Assembly: GCA_012862495.1 (NCBI GenBank)
Contig: BLSG01000090.1
Span: forward strand, 62,001-119,841
Source: Thraustochytrium aureum
Taxonomy: Eukaryota
DNA: 57,841 nucleotides
Reading direction: 5' to 3'
The first letter of the stretch is position 1, and the number at the start of each line of letters is the position of its first letter. This document shows, one piece after another, positions 1-11,074 of the stretch. The notes under the pieces were generated by a model, which had not been told where the DNA came from, did no database searches, and saw only the letters and a list, made by a program, of their open reading frames with translations. The translations under genes were made by a program, and so were the position numbers.

Positions 1-135
1 ATCCTCGCCGAGCTCGGCGCCTTCGCCTCTCGCGACCGCTTCCCGCTGCGCCGCGCTCAGCGTATCCTCCGCGCCTCGCGACGCCTGAAACCGCCTGTCC
101 ACCTCCGGGTGGTCCACCATGCGCCGCTGCGCCAT
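1..135 (-). CDS. Probable 5' end of an unknown gene running off the window edge (MAQRRMVDHPEVDRRFQASRG...), divergent from VPS35L
   Basis: Open frame from ATG at 135 (second ATG at 120) to position 1; no family recognised. Confidence 0.35.
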   Translation of the reverse strand, partial: MAQRRMVDHPEVDRRFQASRGAEDTLSAAQREAVARGEGAELGED

Positions 136-652
136 CTCCCGAGTCTGCAACTCTTTCCTCTTTTTCCAAAGTTTTTCGTGGTCTGCTCAACCCGCGTTCG
201 CCCCGCGCTACCCTAACCCACGACCTAACCAGCGCGCTCTGGGCTAGTAGCACTACACCCGCGATACAAGCAGCGCGGAAGCGGCCTATGTACAAGGAGC
301 AGCCGAAACGGCAATAGGTAGCAAGGTTACGCCGGAAGGATCCGGGTTGGGAACGTGGGCGATCGATCGATCCCTTGGCAGAACCAAGGGCGCGAGCCGA
401 GGCAGCAGAGCGCAGCAGACCCCGAACGCCGCGNNNNNNNNNNNNNNNNNNNNNNNNNNNNNNNNNNNNNNNNNNNNNNNNNNNNNNNNNNNNNNNNNNN
501 NNNNNNNNNNNNNNNNNNNNNNNNNNNNNNNNNNNNNNNNNNNNNNNNNNNNNNNNNNNNNNNNNNNNNNNNNNNNNNNNNNNNACGGAAGGAAGGAAGG
601 AAGGAAGGACGTGGTGTCTGGGGTGGTGGTGCTGCTGCCTCGCTGCTACGCG

Positions 653-3600
653 ATGGTGGTGGCCGGCGGAGACGGCGCGGGTGGGGGTTGGGTGCCGCTC
701 GACCGCGAGTGTGCGGGGGCGGTCGAGAATGGGCGGCGGGGAAACGTCTTTCTACATCCGCTGATGGACGTTGCGGGCGGACGGGAAACGGCGACGGCTG
801 GCTTGGATGGCGGCCATCCGCTGCCGGAGGTGGGCCGCGTCGAGCTTGGACAAGATCCGCTGTCGGCGCGAGCCGTCGCTGGAGTGAAGGCGGCCTGGCC
901 CCGAGCCATGTTTGACGAGGTGGCGCGGGACGCCGGGCCCACCGCTGGAGACTCGGCGAGCTCGAAGGAGGAACGGCGCTGGCAGAGCCGCTGGGTCGCC
1001 TTCGGAGACCGCGTAAAGCGCCAGTTTACCGTCGCCGGGAGCATCAACATTGACGCGGCGTTCTTAAGCACTGGCCCGGGCAGCGAGACGGGGATATCCG
1101 CCGCGCAGAGCAAGTCGGTGGCTCTGTCGCAGGCTCGAATGCGCCTCGACCACTTGGAAGCGCGGGGGCGCGCGGTTCACCGTTCTTCCCCCGAGCGTGG
1201 CCAGATCGCAATGACTCAGAGCGAGTACGCAGATCGAATCTCACGACTCCACAACGCGCTCCAAATTGCATGGAGTGACGGCCAGCGCGTTCAGGCGCTG
1301 CGCATCGTGGTGCAGTGCGCCAAGCTGCTCTGCGATTTGACCGCGCCGCAGTTTTACCCAGCTTTGTGGGTCCAGGTCGCAGACATTCTCGAGAGCTTTG
1401 CGGCGCTCGTGCTGGCGCGGCTGGTCACAATCGCGGGTTCCGGCGGAGCATCAGCCAGTGATGCAGCGCGCGAGACGTGCCGGAACTGGCTGTTCAAGGT
1501 CGCATGTGTGCGCGAGCTGCTCCCACGCCTCTACATCGAGGCCGCCCTCCTTCGGTGCTTGCCTTACGTGGCCGCTGACGAGGCAGACCGCCAGTTTGGG
1601 CGACTGTGCAGCATGGTTCGTGGTGTTGGAAGTCCCACGGCCGCCGTTTACTGCCGGGCCTTCATGTGCATGCAAGGAGCTCGACTCGGTCGCGAGAGCC
1701 CCGAGACCCGCTTGCGGTGTGAGCGGCGAGCACATATGGAGCAGTGCTTGGTTGACCACTTGTTTGTGATGGACGAGTTTCTGCGCCTTCGAACAGTGCG
1801 GGTGTGGTCGGAGCGCGGCCTCACGGAGGCGCAGGTCCTCCGCCTGCACGCGCCTGCGCTAGAGTGGATCATGCGCGAGCTGAGCGAGAGCGCTTCGGAA
1901 AAGGACTTTGCTTCGCTGCTAGAGCGCTGTGAGGCGCACCGCTCTGCGCGCTCCGAGGTGGTGCTGGGTCTATTATTGAGCACATTCGAGCCCACGCTCT
2001 ACTCGCGAGATGCCCTTGGCATTGTGATTCGGGTCAACGCACAGGAGGACGTCACGCCCACCGTGGCCGCCAAGATATTTGCCAATTTGGCCCGCGGGCT
2101 CGTTCGCGCCCCACCAGCGAGCTGTGAGCGAGTCCCGCTTCTGAATCACATCTGGCGCGTCGTGCGCCGCGTCGAGGACCTGGAGGCCTTTGTCAGCTGC
2201 ACCGCGGGCCTCATCGAGTTTGCCCGCAACCACTGCACCGAGCGCGAAGTTCTCACCTTGCTGGAGCAACTGGTATCGAGGCTGGAAGGGGACAAGAAAG
2301 CGACGCCGGAAGGCGTGCACCTGCAGCCTCAGCTGCCGGCCAAGGGAGCCTCGACAAGCCAGCTCGCGGCGATCTCCGACCACCTCGCGCGAGTGTGCAA
2401 TGCGCTGTGCGAAGCGCCAGCGGACGGAGACTTTGGCGCGATCCTGACCAACGAGCACATGATCCGCCTGATTGACCTCCTCGAGGGCAAGCGCAAAGCC
2501 GCTCTCTGCACGCGGCTTATTGAGACGTTCGTGGCGTGGACGCGGGGAACGTCGGACCCCGTTGTCGTGCATGCCGTGCTCGCACTCGCGCGCGACTTGC
2601 ATGACAGTCTGGACGCCCTGTCACTCGAGGACGACAAGCGCGCCGTGGCGAGCCTGATTTGTCAGTTCATCGAGCGGGTCGACATGGGGAGGGACTTTGA
2701 ACAGCAGCTTGGCATTCTAGTCGAGTGCCGCGCCTCGTTTGCCAACCTGGACCCCGTCAAGGACCGTCTCGTGATTGCCGTTGCCTCGCTGTCGATGCGG
2801 ACGTTGAGAATCGTGCGCGGCAAGCACTCGCGCCGAACTGCCAACTTTGTCAAGTCCTGCTTGGCGTTCTGCCACATCACGGTCCCGAGCATTGAAGAGC
2901 CGGTCAAGCGCGCGAATCTTTACCTTCTGAGCGCCCAGGCAGCGCTCATGAACGGCCTCCTCCCGCAGACAGACGCGCTTTTGGAAGAAGCCTTTGCCTG
3001 CATCTCGCAAGTNNNNNNNNNNNNNNNNNNNNNNNNNNNNNNNNNNNNNNNNNNNNNNNNNNNNNNNNNNNNNNNNNNNNNNNNNNNNNNNNNNNNNNNN
3101 NNNNNNNNNNNNNNNNNNNNNNNNNNNNNNNNNNNNNNNNNNNNNNNNNNNNNNNNNNNNNNNNNNNNNNNNNNNNNNNNNNNNNNNNNNNNGTCTTGGG
3201 CATTGTGCAGTTGTGCTGTTCCACCCTTGTCGCGGTGCCGGGGAACCCAGACCGAGGACCGCTTGCGCACGCTCGAACGCTTTACGAGGCGACCTGCGCC
3301 TTTGAGCACTGGCGGCCTGGATCGGGTTGCCGAGCTCGGGCAAAGCTTGGAATGCTGCAGCTCGTAGCGGCCTGGGGGCAGAGGCGCTTGCCGACTCGTA
3401 TTGCTGGGGTTGACTCGAACGACACGCTGTACGGGCGGGACCCGGCCTACATGGGGGGAGATTTGTGCGTTTGCTGACGAGATCGTCGGCTCGATCCTCC
3501 AAGATGTCGAGGCGCTGGCCCAGGTTGGGGGCGCTAGGTCGCCAATGTCGGCCGCGCGGCCAGCCGATGCAGCGGCGGCGGCTGTGTCGTGCGAGTTGGT

Positions 3601-3907
3601 GCTCGACTTCGTCAACGTCGTTCTGGTCTCGTTTTGCATCGACAAGCCGCCTGTGTTCAAGGCGGTTCAAAAGCTCATAGAGCTCGCGGCCCGCGAGGCT
3701 GTGTGGGGCCGGGGCGAGGCGGATGTACTCGGCGAGCGGAGCGGCTGCGCTGGTCAGTACCTGCGGAACACTCGCGCACTGGTTGCTCGGCTTGCTCGCG
3801 AGAGCGGGTCTTTGGCGCGCGGCGCCGCACGCGCGTCGCAGCGCGTCGCCTATGAGCAGCTCCTGGTGCGCTTTGACGAGGCGCTGCGGCCTCGGCCTGC
3901 CAGCTAA
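653..3907 (+). CDS. VPS35L: VPS35 endosomal protein-sorting factor-like (Retriever subunit, C16orf62); contains an N-gap and one frameshift
   Basis: HPL motif, ARETCRNWLFKVACVRELLPRLYIEAAL, DFEQQLGILVECRASFANLD, AFCHITVPSI, VDSNDTLYG. After the gap it continues in the 3196 frame, then shifts at the G6 run 3453-3458 into the frame ending TAA 3907. Confidence 0.9.
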
Positions 3908-3975
3908 ATGGTGGCCACTCGCGTGCGACGTGAAAAAACGCAAGCTGTTTCTGCATGATCGTGTAGAGCGACAAG

Positions 3976-4911
3976 CTACTGTGTTGCGCAGTCGGAGGGC
4001 CGGTCTGCGGCCGCTGGGTTGCTCTCCTGGAACTTGCGTTGCCGCTCCAAGACTTCGAGCTGCGCGAGGTCGGCCGGCTTGCGATACCTAATTGTCAGCA
4101 CGTCGTTGCTGTGGTCGGCGAGCTGGAGGAGTGCCGCGTCCAGTTTTCGGGCAGCGCGCCGAAGCGAAGGGACGCTGAAGCGTTTAAAGTACTTTTTGTT
4201 GCTCGTTCGCAGAACGACGCACTGCGGCTCCTCCTCGATTGAAAGCTGATACACCTCAATCGGGTACGGAATGTTGCGCACGCGCCACTCCCAGTGGGTC
4301 GGTGTGTCGCGCGCAACAAAGCTTGGCTGCGCGCCGTCCCCAGGCACGGTTAGAGATCCCTTCGGCAGCACTTGGGCGCACCCACAGCACTTACGTTCAT
4401 GGAGCTCTCGCGCAGCGCGAGCCCAGGCGCAACCGTCGGCGCCACTGGCTCGCCAATTTCAAACTCCCACTTGCCCTCTTTGCCTAGCGCCCCTGGCGCG
4501 CGCCAGCGCCGCACGAGGAGCTCGTTCGTGGAGGCGTCCAGCTCTTCCACGACCTCAACGCCGTCGTCGAATGTTGTCCGGACCAGGTGCTTGCCGGCGC
4601 TCGTCAAGGCCGTGCTTGTCCCACCGGCGTGCGCAACGTCCTGCCCTTTTTCGAGCCGCCGAGCGCAGCGACCACAAGCGCGGCGCCCTGGTCAGCCACC
4701 CTCCGAGTCGCTTCTGCATCGGGCTCCCCGACGCGGTGTAAAGGAGCCGAAAGCCAGCTGTGTGCATAGGTCGCCTCCGCCTGGCACCGGACGCGTTGGA
4801 GGCCTCGTTCGTGCCGCGCCCGCCGCCAAAGCGAAGGCAACATTCCCCGCCCACGAGCAACCGACCATCGGTCCGTCCGTCCGGCCGGCCGTCCGTCCGT
4901 CAACTCACCAT
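3976..4911 (-). CDS. DPCD: DPCD protein; exons 4911-4909 (ATG only), 4640-4395, 4326-3976
   Basis: EELDASTNELLVRRWR, WEFEIGE, WRVRNIPYP, RTSNKKYFKRFSVP and C-terminal DCATQ match DPCD. GTAAGT..CAG intron 4394-4327 and GTGAGT..CAG intron 4908-4641 both restore the frame. Confidence 0.88.
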
Positions 4912-5381
4912 TGTGGCCGCGCGAGCCGCGCTCGCGACCGTCGCCAACGCAGCGCCAGGCGCTCCCTCCCTCGTCGTCCTGCTGGTCGCGACCCTCGGCT
5001 GCCGCGGGAATCAACGCCCACTGCGAGTCTTTGACAGAACGTTTGACGTTGTTATAACGTCGTTCTTGGGCGCCGGATGAGCCACGGCACAAGGGCCGTG
5101 CGCATCGACTCTGCGCGTCCGTCGCGCGGCCTGCGACAGGGCCCGTGCCTGCATTTTTGAGGCGGGATGGAGGCGAGCGTTGGCTGCCACAAGATGGTCG
5201 CCTTGTGCGGTGTCAGGAGGGCGACAGGCGGACAGGAGAGCGACAGTTCGCAGTGGCGCTGGGAACTGCAGAGCTTGCCTTGGGGAGCTAGCTCTAGCCG
5301 GAGTAGAGAGAGAGAAGGGGAGCGCGCTTCGCTGGTTTCTACAGACAATGATACTACATACCTACACAATCGGAAAAAGCT

Positions 5382-6158
5382 TCAGAACCGCGCGGCAAGC
5401 ACGTCTTCAATGTCGCCGAGCGCTTCGTGAATCCCGCAAGAAGAGCGCGTGGGGCACGTGTTGCAGCTGTGCCCGCAGCCCATCGCCTTGCTCCCGTCGC
5501 CGATCCGCGACTGCACGACTGGGGCAAGCTCGCTGGCCCACTTGCGCTCGACCTGCGCCGCACTGAGCGTGCCGTCGTACGCTATCCTGGCTTTGGCGCC
5601 CCAGTCGCCTGCGCCGTGATCCGCAACGAGCTGGACGAGTTGCGCGTCCGGGAGAGGCAGGCCCCAGGCAGCCGCGAGGTCCGACGCGCCTGGCTGGCAG
5701 GGTGTCGCGCACGGCGAGGCGGCCGTCTCTGGTATTGTAGATGCCTCCATGAGCAGCGTGCGACCCGCGTGGCGCAGGTCGATGGCGCGGTCAACATCGT
5801 GCCGAGCTTCGAACAGCGCCTTTGAGAGCGCGAGCGACAGCTTGCCGCGAGCTTCGAGCGCGTGTTTCTGCGACCAGGTTGCCATGTCAGGCCCAGCGAG
5901 CGTATGCAGCGCGTCTTCAAAGAGCGCAGCAGCTGGACCCGCCCCGGTCGCCGCAAGTCTCACCTTGTCGAGCTCGGCAGCAACCATCAAAGCTAGGACC
6001 ACCTTGACGTTCCCGTCCGCGCCCGCGCTCTCGAGCGACTCCTCAACACATCTGAACAGCGCTGCCCGTCCCGGCACGCCGCCCAGCCTCTGGGCCCGCC
6101 TCGCCCTTTTCAGCAGCGCCTCGTTCGCCTCGTCGAGGGCGGAGAGTTCGTTCGCCAT
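5382..6158 (-). CDS. Hypothetical 258-aa protein with a degenerate Myb/SANT-like repeat and a C-terminal CxxxCxxCx5C / DIED motif
   Basis: Clean ATG-to-stop ORF; W..D.QLVQLVADHGAGDW..KA....SAAQVERKWASEL resembles a Myb repeat; ends GCGHSCNTCPTRSSCGIHEALGDIED. Confidence 0.65.
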   Translation of the reverse strand: MANELSALDEANEALLKRARRAQRLGGVPGRAALFRCVEESLESAGADGNVKVVLALMVAAELDKVRLAATGAGPAAALFEDALHTLAGPDMATWSQKHALEARGKLSLALSKALFEARHDVDRAIDLRHAGRTLLMEASTIPETAASPCATPCQPGASDLAAAWGLPLPDAQLVQLVADHGAGDWGAKARIAYDGTLSAAQVERKWASELAPVVQSRIGDGSKAMGCGHSCNTCPTRSSCGIHEALGDIEDVLAARF

Positions 6159-6438
6159 GACGCGTGCGTCAATGCGAGAAACCTGTTGTTCTGTCCAGAG
6201 ATTTGCAGGTCAGCGACCGAGCGAGCTTGGCGACGTCCTCCAAAGGCGGCCAGCGCGGGGCCCCGCCGCCTGCTCCGACAGCCGCTTGCGGGTCTGCTTG
6301 CAGCGCCGCGTCTCCCCGCGATGGCTTCTCGGCCCATCGAGGACACGCAGGACTCGGAGGGCCTCCTGCTCGGGCGCCATCGCGCACTGAGGGAGTCGCC
6401 CCAGCTCCGCGACCAGCCCGCGTCATCATGGTGTCTAC

Positions 6439-6618
6439 GTGACGCGTTGATCGGCGCTCCTCGTCATTGAGGGTACCTTGTGACGCGCGGCAGCCACACC
6501 GCGTCGCACCTGGTCCTCACGTGACGTGGATTGCGAGCCGTCACCACGAATCCTGCGTGACGTAGAAATGCCAGAAAGAGCACGCGGGAAACGTGACAAC
6601 GGCTACGTCTGTGACGAC
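6439..6618. promoter_or_regulatory. Cluster of GTGACG (CRE/ATF half-site-like) motifs in a divergent promoter
   Basis: Six GTGACG/CGTCAC copies plus one GTGACA within about 180 bp, between head-to-head genes. Confidence 0.45.
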
Positions 6619-6860
6619 AGCGCCGCACGGCGGCCACCAAAGGAAGATTGACAGACTGCGAGGCGCTTGCTTCGGGACGAGCAGGCGCGGCAGGCAAAGA
6701 GGAGGAGCCCTTGGCGGAGACGAGCCACGCGCGGGCGATTCGAGGCAAGGAGGGGGGCGCTGCGCGTGGCGGACCGGGTGCGAGTTGCTCGGGACGCGCG
6801 GCTTGGCTGGCTGGCCTGCGCGTGAGCTCGGTCGTGAGGCGCGCAGATTGGGTGGTTGGA

Positions 6861-7196
6861 ATGGCGCAACCGCGAGCCGAGGCGCCTGCGGGCGACGCGG
6901 AGGAGAAGGACATGGTGGCCACTGGCCCGCTGTCGGTGCTGTGGCACGCCGTCAAGACCAACTCGCAGGTTCTTGTGAGCTTGCGCAACAACCACAAGCT
7001 GCTGGCGCGCGTGATCGCCTACGACAGGCACTTCAACATGATCCTCGAGGATGTGCTCGAGGTGTGGACCGAGGCGGCGCAGCAGGGCAAGGGCAAGGAG
7101 AAGGCCAAGAAGCGGTCGAAAGACCGCAAGATTAGCAAGCTGTTCCTGCGAGGGGACTGCGTTATTCTCGTCGTGAAGAACCCTGCGGCGGCCTGA
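6861..7196 (+). CDS. SNRPD2: Small nuclear ribonucleoprotein Sm D2
   Basis: [49 protein letters not shown]...[22 protein letters not shown]. Confidence 0.95.
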   Translation: MAQPRAEAPAGDAEEKDMVATGPLSVLWHAVKTNSQVLVSLRNNHKLLARVIAYDRHFNMILEDVLEVWTEAAQQGKGKEKAKKRSKDRKISKLFLRGDCVILVVKNPAAA

Positions 7197-7293
7197 GCGT
7201 CGCTCACTTGGTTGCCGCTCACCCGACCCGCCTGCTCTGTATGTTTCCGGCGCCGCTCGGCGCGCATTAGGCCCACCTTAGGAACCCAAACGA

Positions 7294-7352
7294 CTGCTCT
7301 GCTCTGCTCTGCTCTGCTCTGCTCTGCTCTGCTCTGCTCTGCTCTGCTCTGC
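7294..7352. repeat. (CTGCT)n pentanucleotide microsatellite
   Basis: About 11 perfect units downstream of SmD2. Confidence 0.95.
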
Positions 7353-8426
7353 CTCTCCATTCCGTTGCGTGCGCGTCCTGGGCCAGTTGCGAGGCAACGC
7401 ACCGGCCCACCCACACAGGGGTACTCGCCGAACGAGCAGAGCCCAACGTATTGCAGCTCCGTCAAGTTGACTGCAGCACCAGCAACTGGCTCCAGCTCGC
7501 TCAAGAGCAAGCGCGACGCGTGCGGCTGCACAGGCGTGGCGTGTGATCTCGCGTCACCCGTCAGCCGCACAGTGTGCTGCATGCTTCCCACGCGTCGGCG
7601 AATGAATCCCAGCCCAGTGGCCGCGTCAATCAACGAGCGAGCGTGCACAAACCAACTCTCCTCCTCCACCCGAGGCGAGCCGCCCCCGACAAACCAGCCA
7701 GAGAGAAATCGTTCTGCCCTCTGCGCTCCTCCTCCTCCTCCGAGGCTGCTCCAAGGGTCCGCTGCGCCTCCCATACAGTGTGTGTAAGCGGCCAAGTTGT
7801 GCGTGGGTGGGTGAGAAGGGTCGAGGGAGAGGGCCAGGCGAGCGCGAGGGAGAGGGAGGCGCTCGTTTCTGGCCGCGTGTCCCCTCTCCCTCTCCCGCGC
7901 CGGCACCTGTTCGTTTTGTTCGTTCTCGCGTTTCTCCTGTGCGCGACGAAACACAGGATCATGATGATGATCCCTGCGCCACACAACTCGCTCCTCCGAG
8001 TGGTTTTTACTCGCTTTTCTCCCTCTCCCTCTTTGCCTCCCTCCCTCTTTGCCTCCTTCCCTCCCTCCAGGACCCTCACAGGAGACGCCTTCAGGCTGCC
8101 TCAGCAGTGCGGCGAGGGAGGGAGCCGCGCGCGAGAGGAGGCGCAGGGAGGGCCGTGCAGCGAGAGAGGGAGCGCGCGAGGCGGAAGGGGTGAGAGCGGC
8201 CCGGCCACTCGGCAAAAACACCGCACTCACCGCCCTCGGAGTCGCTCTCCCCCCTCCTCATGCTCCTAAGGGGAACATCACCATGACCTACTAGTAATGA
8301 TAGCTTGAGCACGGAAAACGACAAAAAGATAAATAAATAAGTAAATCAGAAAAACGAAATTGAATAAAAGACGAAATTGAATAAAAAGCGAAATTGCAAA
8401 AAGAAGGAAGTAGACCCGCCAGCAGT

Positions 8427-8491
8427 AAGCAGGCAGGCAGGCACGCAAGGAGGCAGGCACGCAAGGAGGCAGGCAGGCAGGCAGGCAGGCA
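8427..8491. repeat. (AGGC)n-type tetranucleotide repeat; a (GCGT)n tract lies at about 8692-8718 across the gap
   Basis: Directly visible tandem units flanking the N-gap. Confidence 0.85.
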
Positions 8492-8829
8492 GTGCGCGAA
8501 GTGGCGAGGGGCTGCAGTGCGGAGCTGCGTGCGGTCGTGCTTGGTTGCTTGGNNNNNNNNNNNNNNNNNNNNNNNNNNNNNNNNNNNNNNNNNNNNNNNN
8601 NNNNNNNNNNNNNNNNNNNNNNNNNNNNNNNNNNNNNNNNNNNNNNNNNNNNNNNNNNNNNNNNNNNNNNNNNNNNNNNNNNNNNNNNNTGGCGTGCGTG
8701 CGTGCGTGCGTGCGTGCGTAGGCCGGGCTGCGCGCGCGGCTTGCGCTGGCGCCGAGGGCGAGGCCTTGGGTTTTTTGGGGGTGTTTTTGGGCTGGCAACT
8801 GAGCTCTACGTGCTTGGGAGCTGAGCAGG

Positions 8830-10420
8830 ATGAAGGGCCTCGCGGGCGCGGCGCTCGCTGTGGTCGCTGCACTTGGCGTGTCCGCGGCATCGGCGCAGAC
8901 GTGCAATGTCAAGTCGAAGAGCGTGGAGGTGTTTGCGCTGAACGCCTTCGCGCAGGACGAGGTCGAGGTGCTGAGCCCCCCCGGGGCCGTGGTAGACGGC
9001 AAGCTGCGCATGGCAATCAAGGAAGAGATCGGAGGGTCGGCGACGCAGATCTACCTGAAAGAAAGGCAGCGCCTGGCGGATGGGTTTATCGCCACCTTCG
9101 ACTTCAAGATGGACGGGACCGGCGACGGGCTGGCCTTCCTCGTCCAAAACTACAAGACCTCCCGACACGGTGCACCAGACCCGCAACTCCCTCGGATTCG
9201 TGAACGGCGTGCGGCAGTACATCGCCGTGGCCATGCTGGCCTGCCCGGACGACGCCGCAGGCTGCAACACCCAAGAGCTCGTCATCTACCAGCGCAACTC
9301 GACCAGCGACGCAGTGGAGGTCGCGCGCTCGCTCGTGCCTGCCAACCTGCTGATCAACGCCACCACCGGCCGCAAGTGCGAGTTTGTCTACAAAGCCGAC
9401 GAGGAGATGGTCGAGGTGAGCCTTGACGGCACTCTGATCGTTTCGGGCAACGTGGGCAACCTGGAGGAGAACTTCGGCGACCGGTTCGGCTGGATGGGGT
9501 TCTCCGCCTCGACTTCCTACACAGCGACCCCTTTCTTTCTGACCGCAGACGTGGAGGTGACCTCCCTCAGGCTGGACGTCCAGCCCTCGGACACGGCCGT
9601 GCTCGGCGAAATCGGCGAGACGGTGGACTGGGGCAAGTCGCACTTCTTCAAGCTCTCGAAGCGCGACTCGTGCCAGAAGCCCGTCGCGTTTCCCAAGCCA
9701 GAGACTGCAGCCGTCACCGCGCTGCTCTGGTACGCGGGCGAGGTCGGCGCGACCTACACGCGCCCGGAAACGCCGCTCAAGAACCGCGACTTTTTCGAGG
9801 CCCAGATCGAGTACAACAACGCCGAGAAGGCCTTCATTCTGCGCTACGACCTCCCGTTCCGCGTCACTGGCAAGTGGGACCTGGAAGTGATCGTCAACGA
9901 TGTCGAGGCCGACGGCAGCCCCTACGAGAGCGCCGTCATCACCAAGGAGCCCGAGCCGCCGTCTGGCATCCCCACCTGGGGCCTGGCGCTCCTGATCACG
10001 ATCATCGTACTCATCGTGATCGGCCTCATTTACGCCATCATCCGCCTCAAGCGGTACCAAAAGAAGCTCAAGGACAACAAGGAGGACATCGAGGCTGGCA
10101 AAGAAAAGCACCACCTCGACATTCTCGAGCGCGACGTCTCGTTCAACATGAACCCCATGCTGGGTTCCCTCGACGAGATGAAGCAGAAGCTTGCGGAGAA
10201 CGAGGCCGAGCTCGAGCGCCTCCGCTCCGGCAAGTCGGACCTCTACGACGACGACCACACCATTTCCAAGTTGCAGGAGCAGAACGCGGAGCTCCGCGAG
10301 GAGATGAACAAGCTCAAGAAGGAGGCGCAGCAGAACGAGGCCCTCAACTCGGACTTTCGGCCTGCTCCAGGGCTTGGTGGCACAGTCAAGCGAAAGGAGT
10401 TCGAGCAGACGCGCGCCTAA
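8830..10420 (+). CDS. Type I membrane protein: signal peptide, legume (L-type) lectin-like domain, Ig/filamin-like domain, TM helix and cytoplasmic coiled coil; one frameshift near 9162
   Basis: Signal MKGLAGAALAVVAALGVSAASA; lectin-like GFIATFDFKMDGTGDGLAFLVQN and GWMGFSASTS; TM WGLALLITIIVLIVIGLIYAII followed by RLKR; heptad-rich tail. Removing one C at 9161-9163 joins the 8830 and 9080 ORFs. Confidence 0.8.
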
Positions 10421-11074
10421 TTTGTTTCTTGCTCGTTTTGGCTGCGCGGGCGAAGGCGGGCTTGCGCGGCTACCCTGTCGGCTTGTGTCGGAGCTCGTCG
10501 ACTCCACGGTTGGGTGCAAACTGGGGTGGAGTGTGCTTGTTGCCAAACCAAAAAGCCAGATGTGTTTCGTTTCCCCGCCTTCAAGTTGTGCGTACTCCCT
10601 ATGAACAACGTCTTGCTGCTTGGTATAGACACGGTATGTCCCAGCGCCCTGCGACTGAGGAATGTTGTACGGTAGTCTCTTTCTTTTCTTTCAAAGGGTG
10701 GTTTCGCTCTCCTCCGAGTCGTTTGCGTCTCGGCGTGTCTCGCCCGGACGCGAGCGAACTCGAGCGCTTTTGCACTGCGGCGCTCAAAGCCAAGTCGAAC
10801 TCTCTCAATCAAGATCAAAACATTGAAACCAAACCCGCGTGCTTTCCTCTCGCTTTTACCCAACCTATACTGTTCTGCTCTGCGCGTCGCGGCCAAACCA
10901 TGCTCTACTAGCTAGCTAGAGCTAGGCTAGTTTGCCTTGCGCAAAAAGCGAACACTGGCAGATTCGCCCGAGCTAGCTCAGAACGAGAACTTCCCCGAGG
11001 TCCAAAGAGCAAGCGAGGACACGTGCACCAGAACTCCATACCCCAGAGCCGATGGCACGCCCCCTCAGAACAAC

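Noticed and set aside
7019..8230. 403-aa minus-strand ORF and overlapping ORFs between SmD2 and the lectin gene
   Set aside because: Built from microsatellite and purine/pyrimidine low-complexity tracts; no recognisable domain
9104..10546. Long antisense ORFs (e.g. 480 aa here, and others opposite importin-alpha, UROD and ACAD)
   Set aside because: Shadow ORFs caused by GC-rich, strongly biased codon usage on the true coding strand; no family motifs
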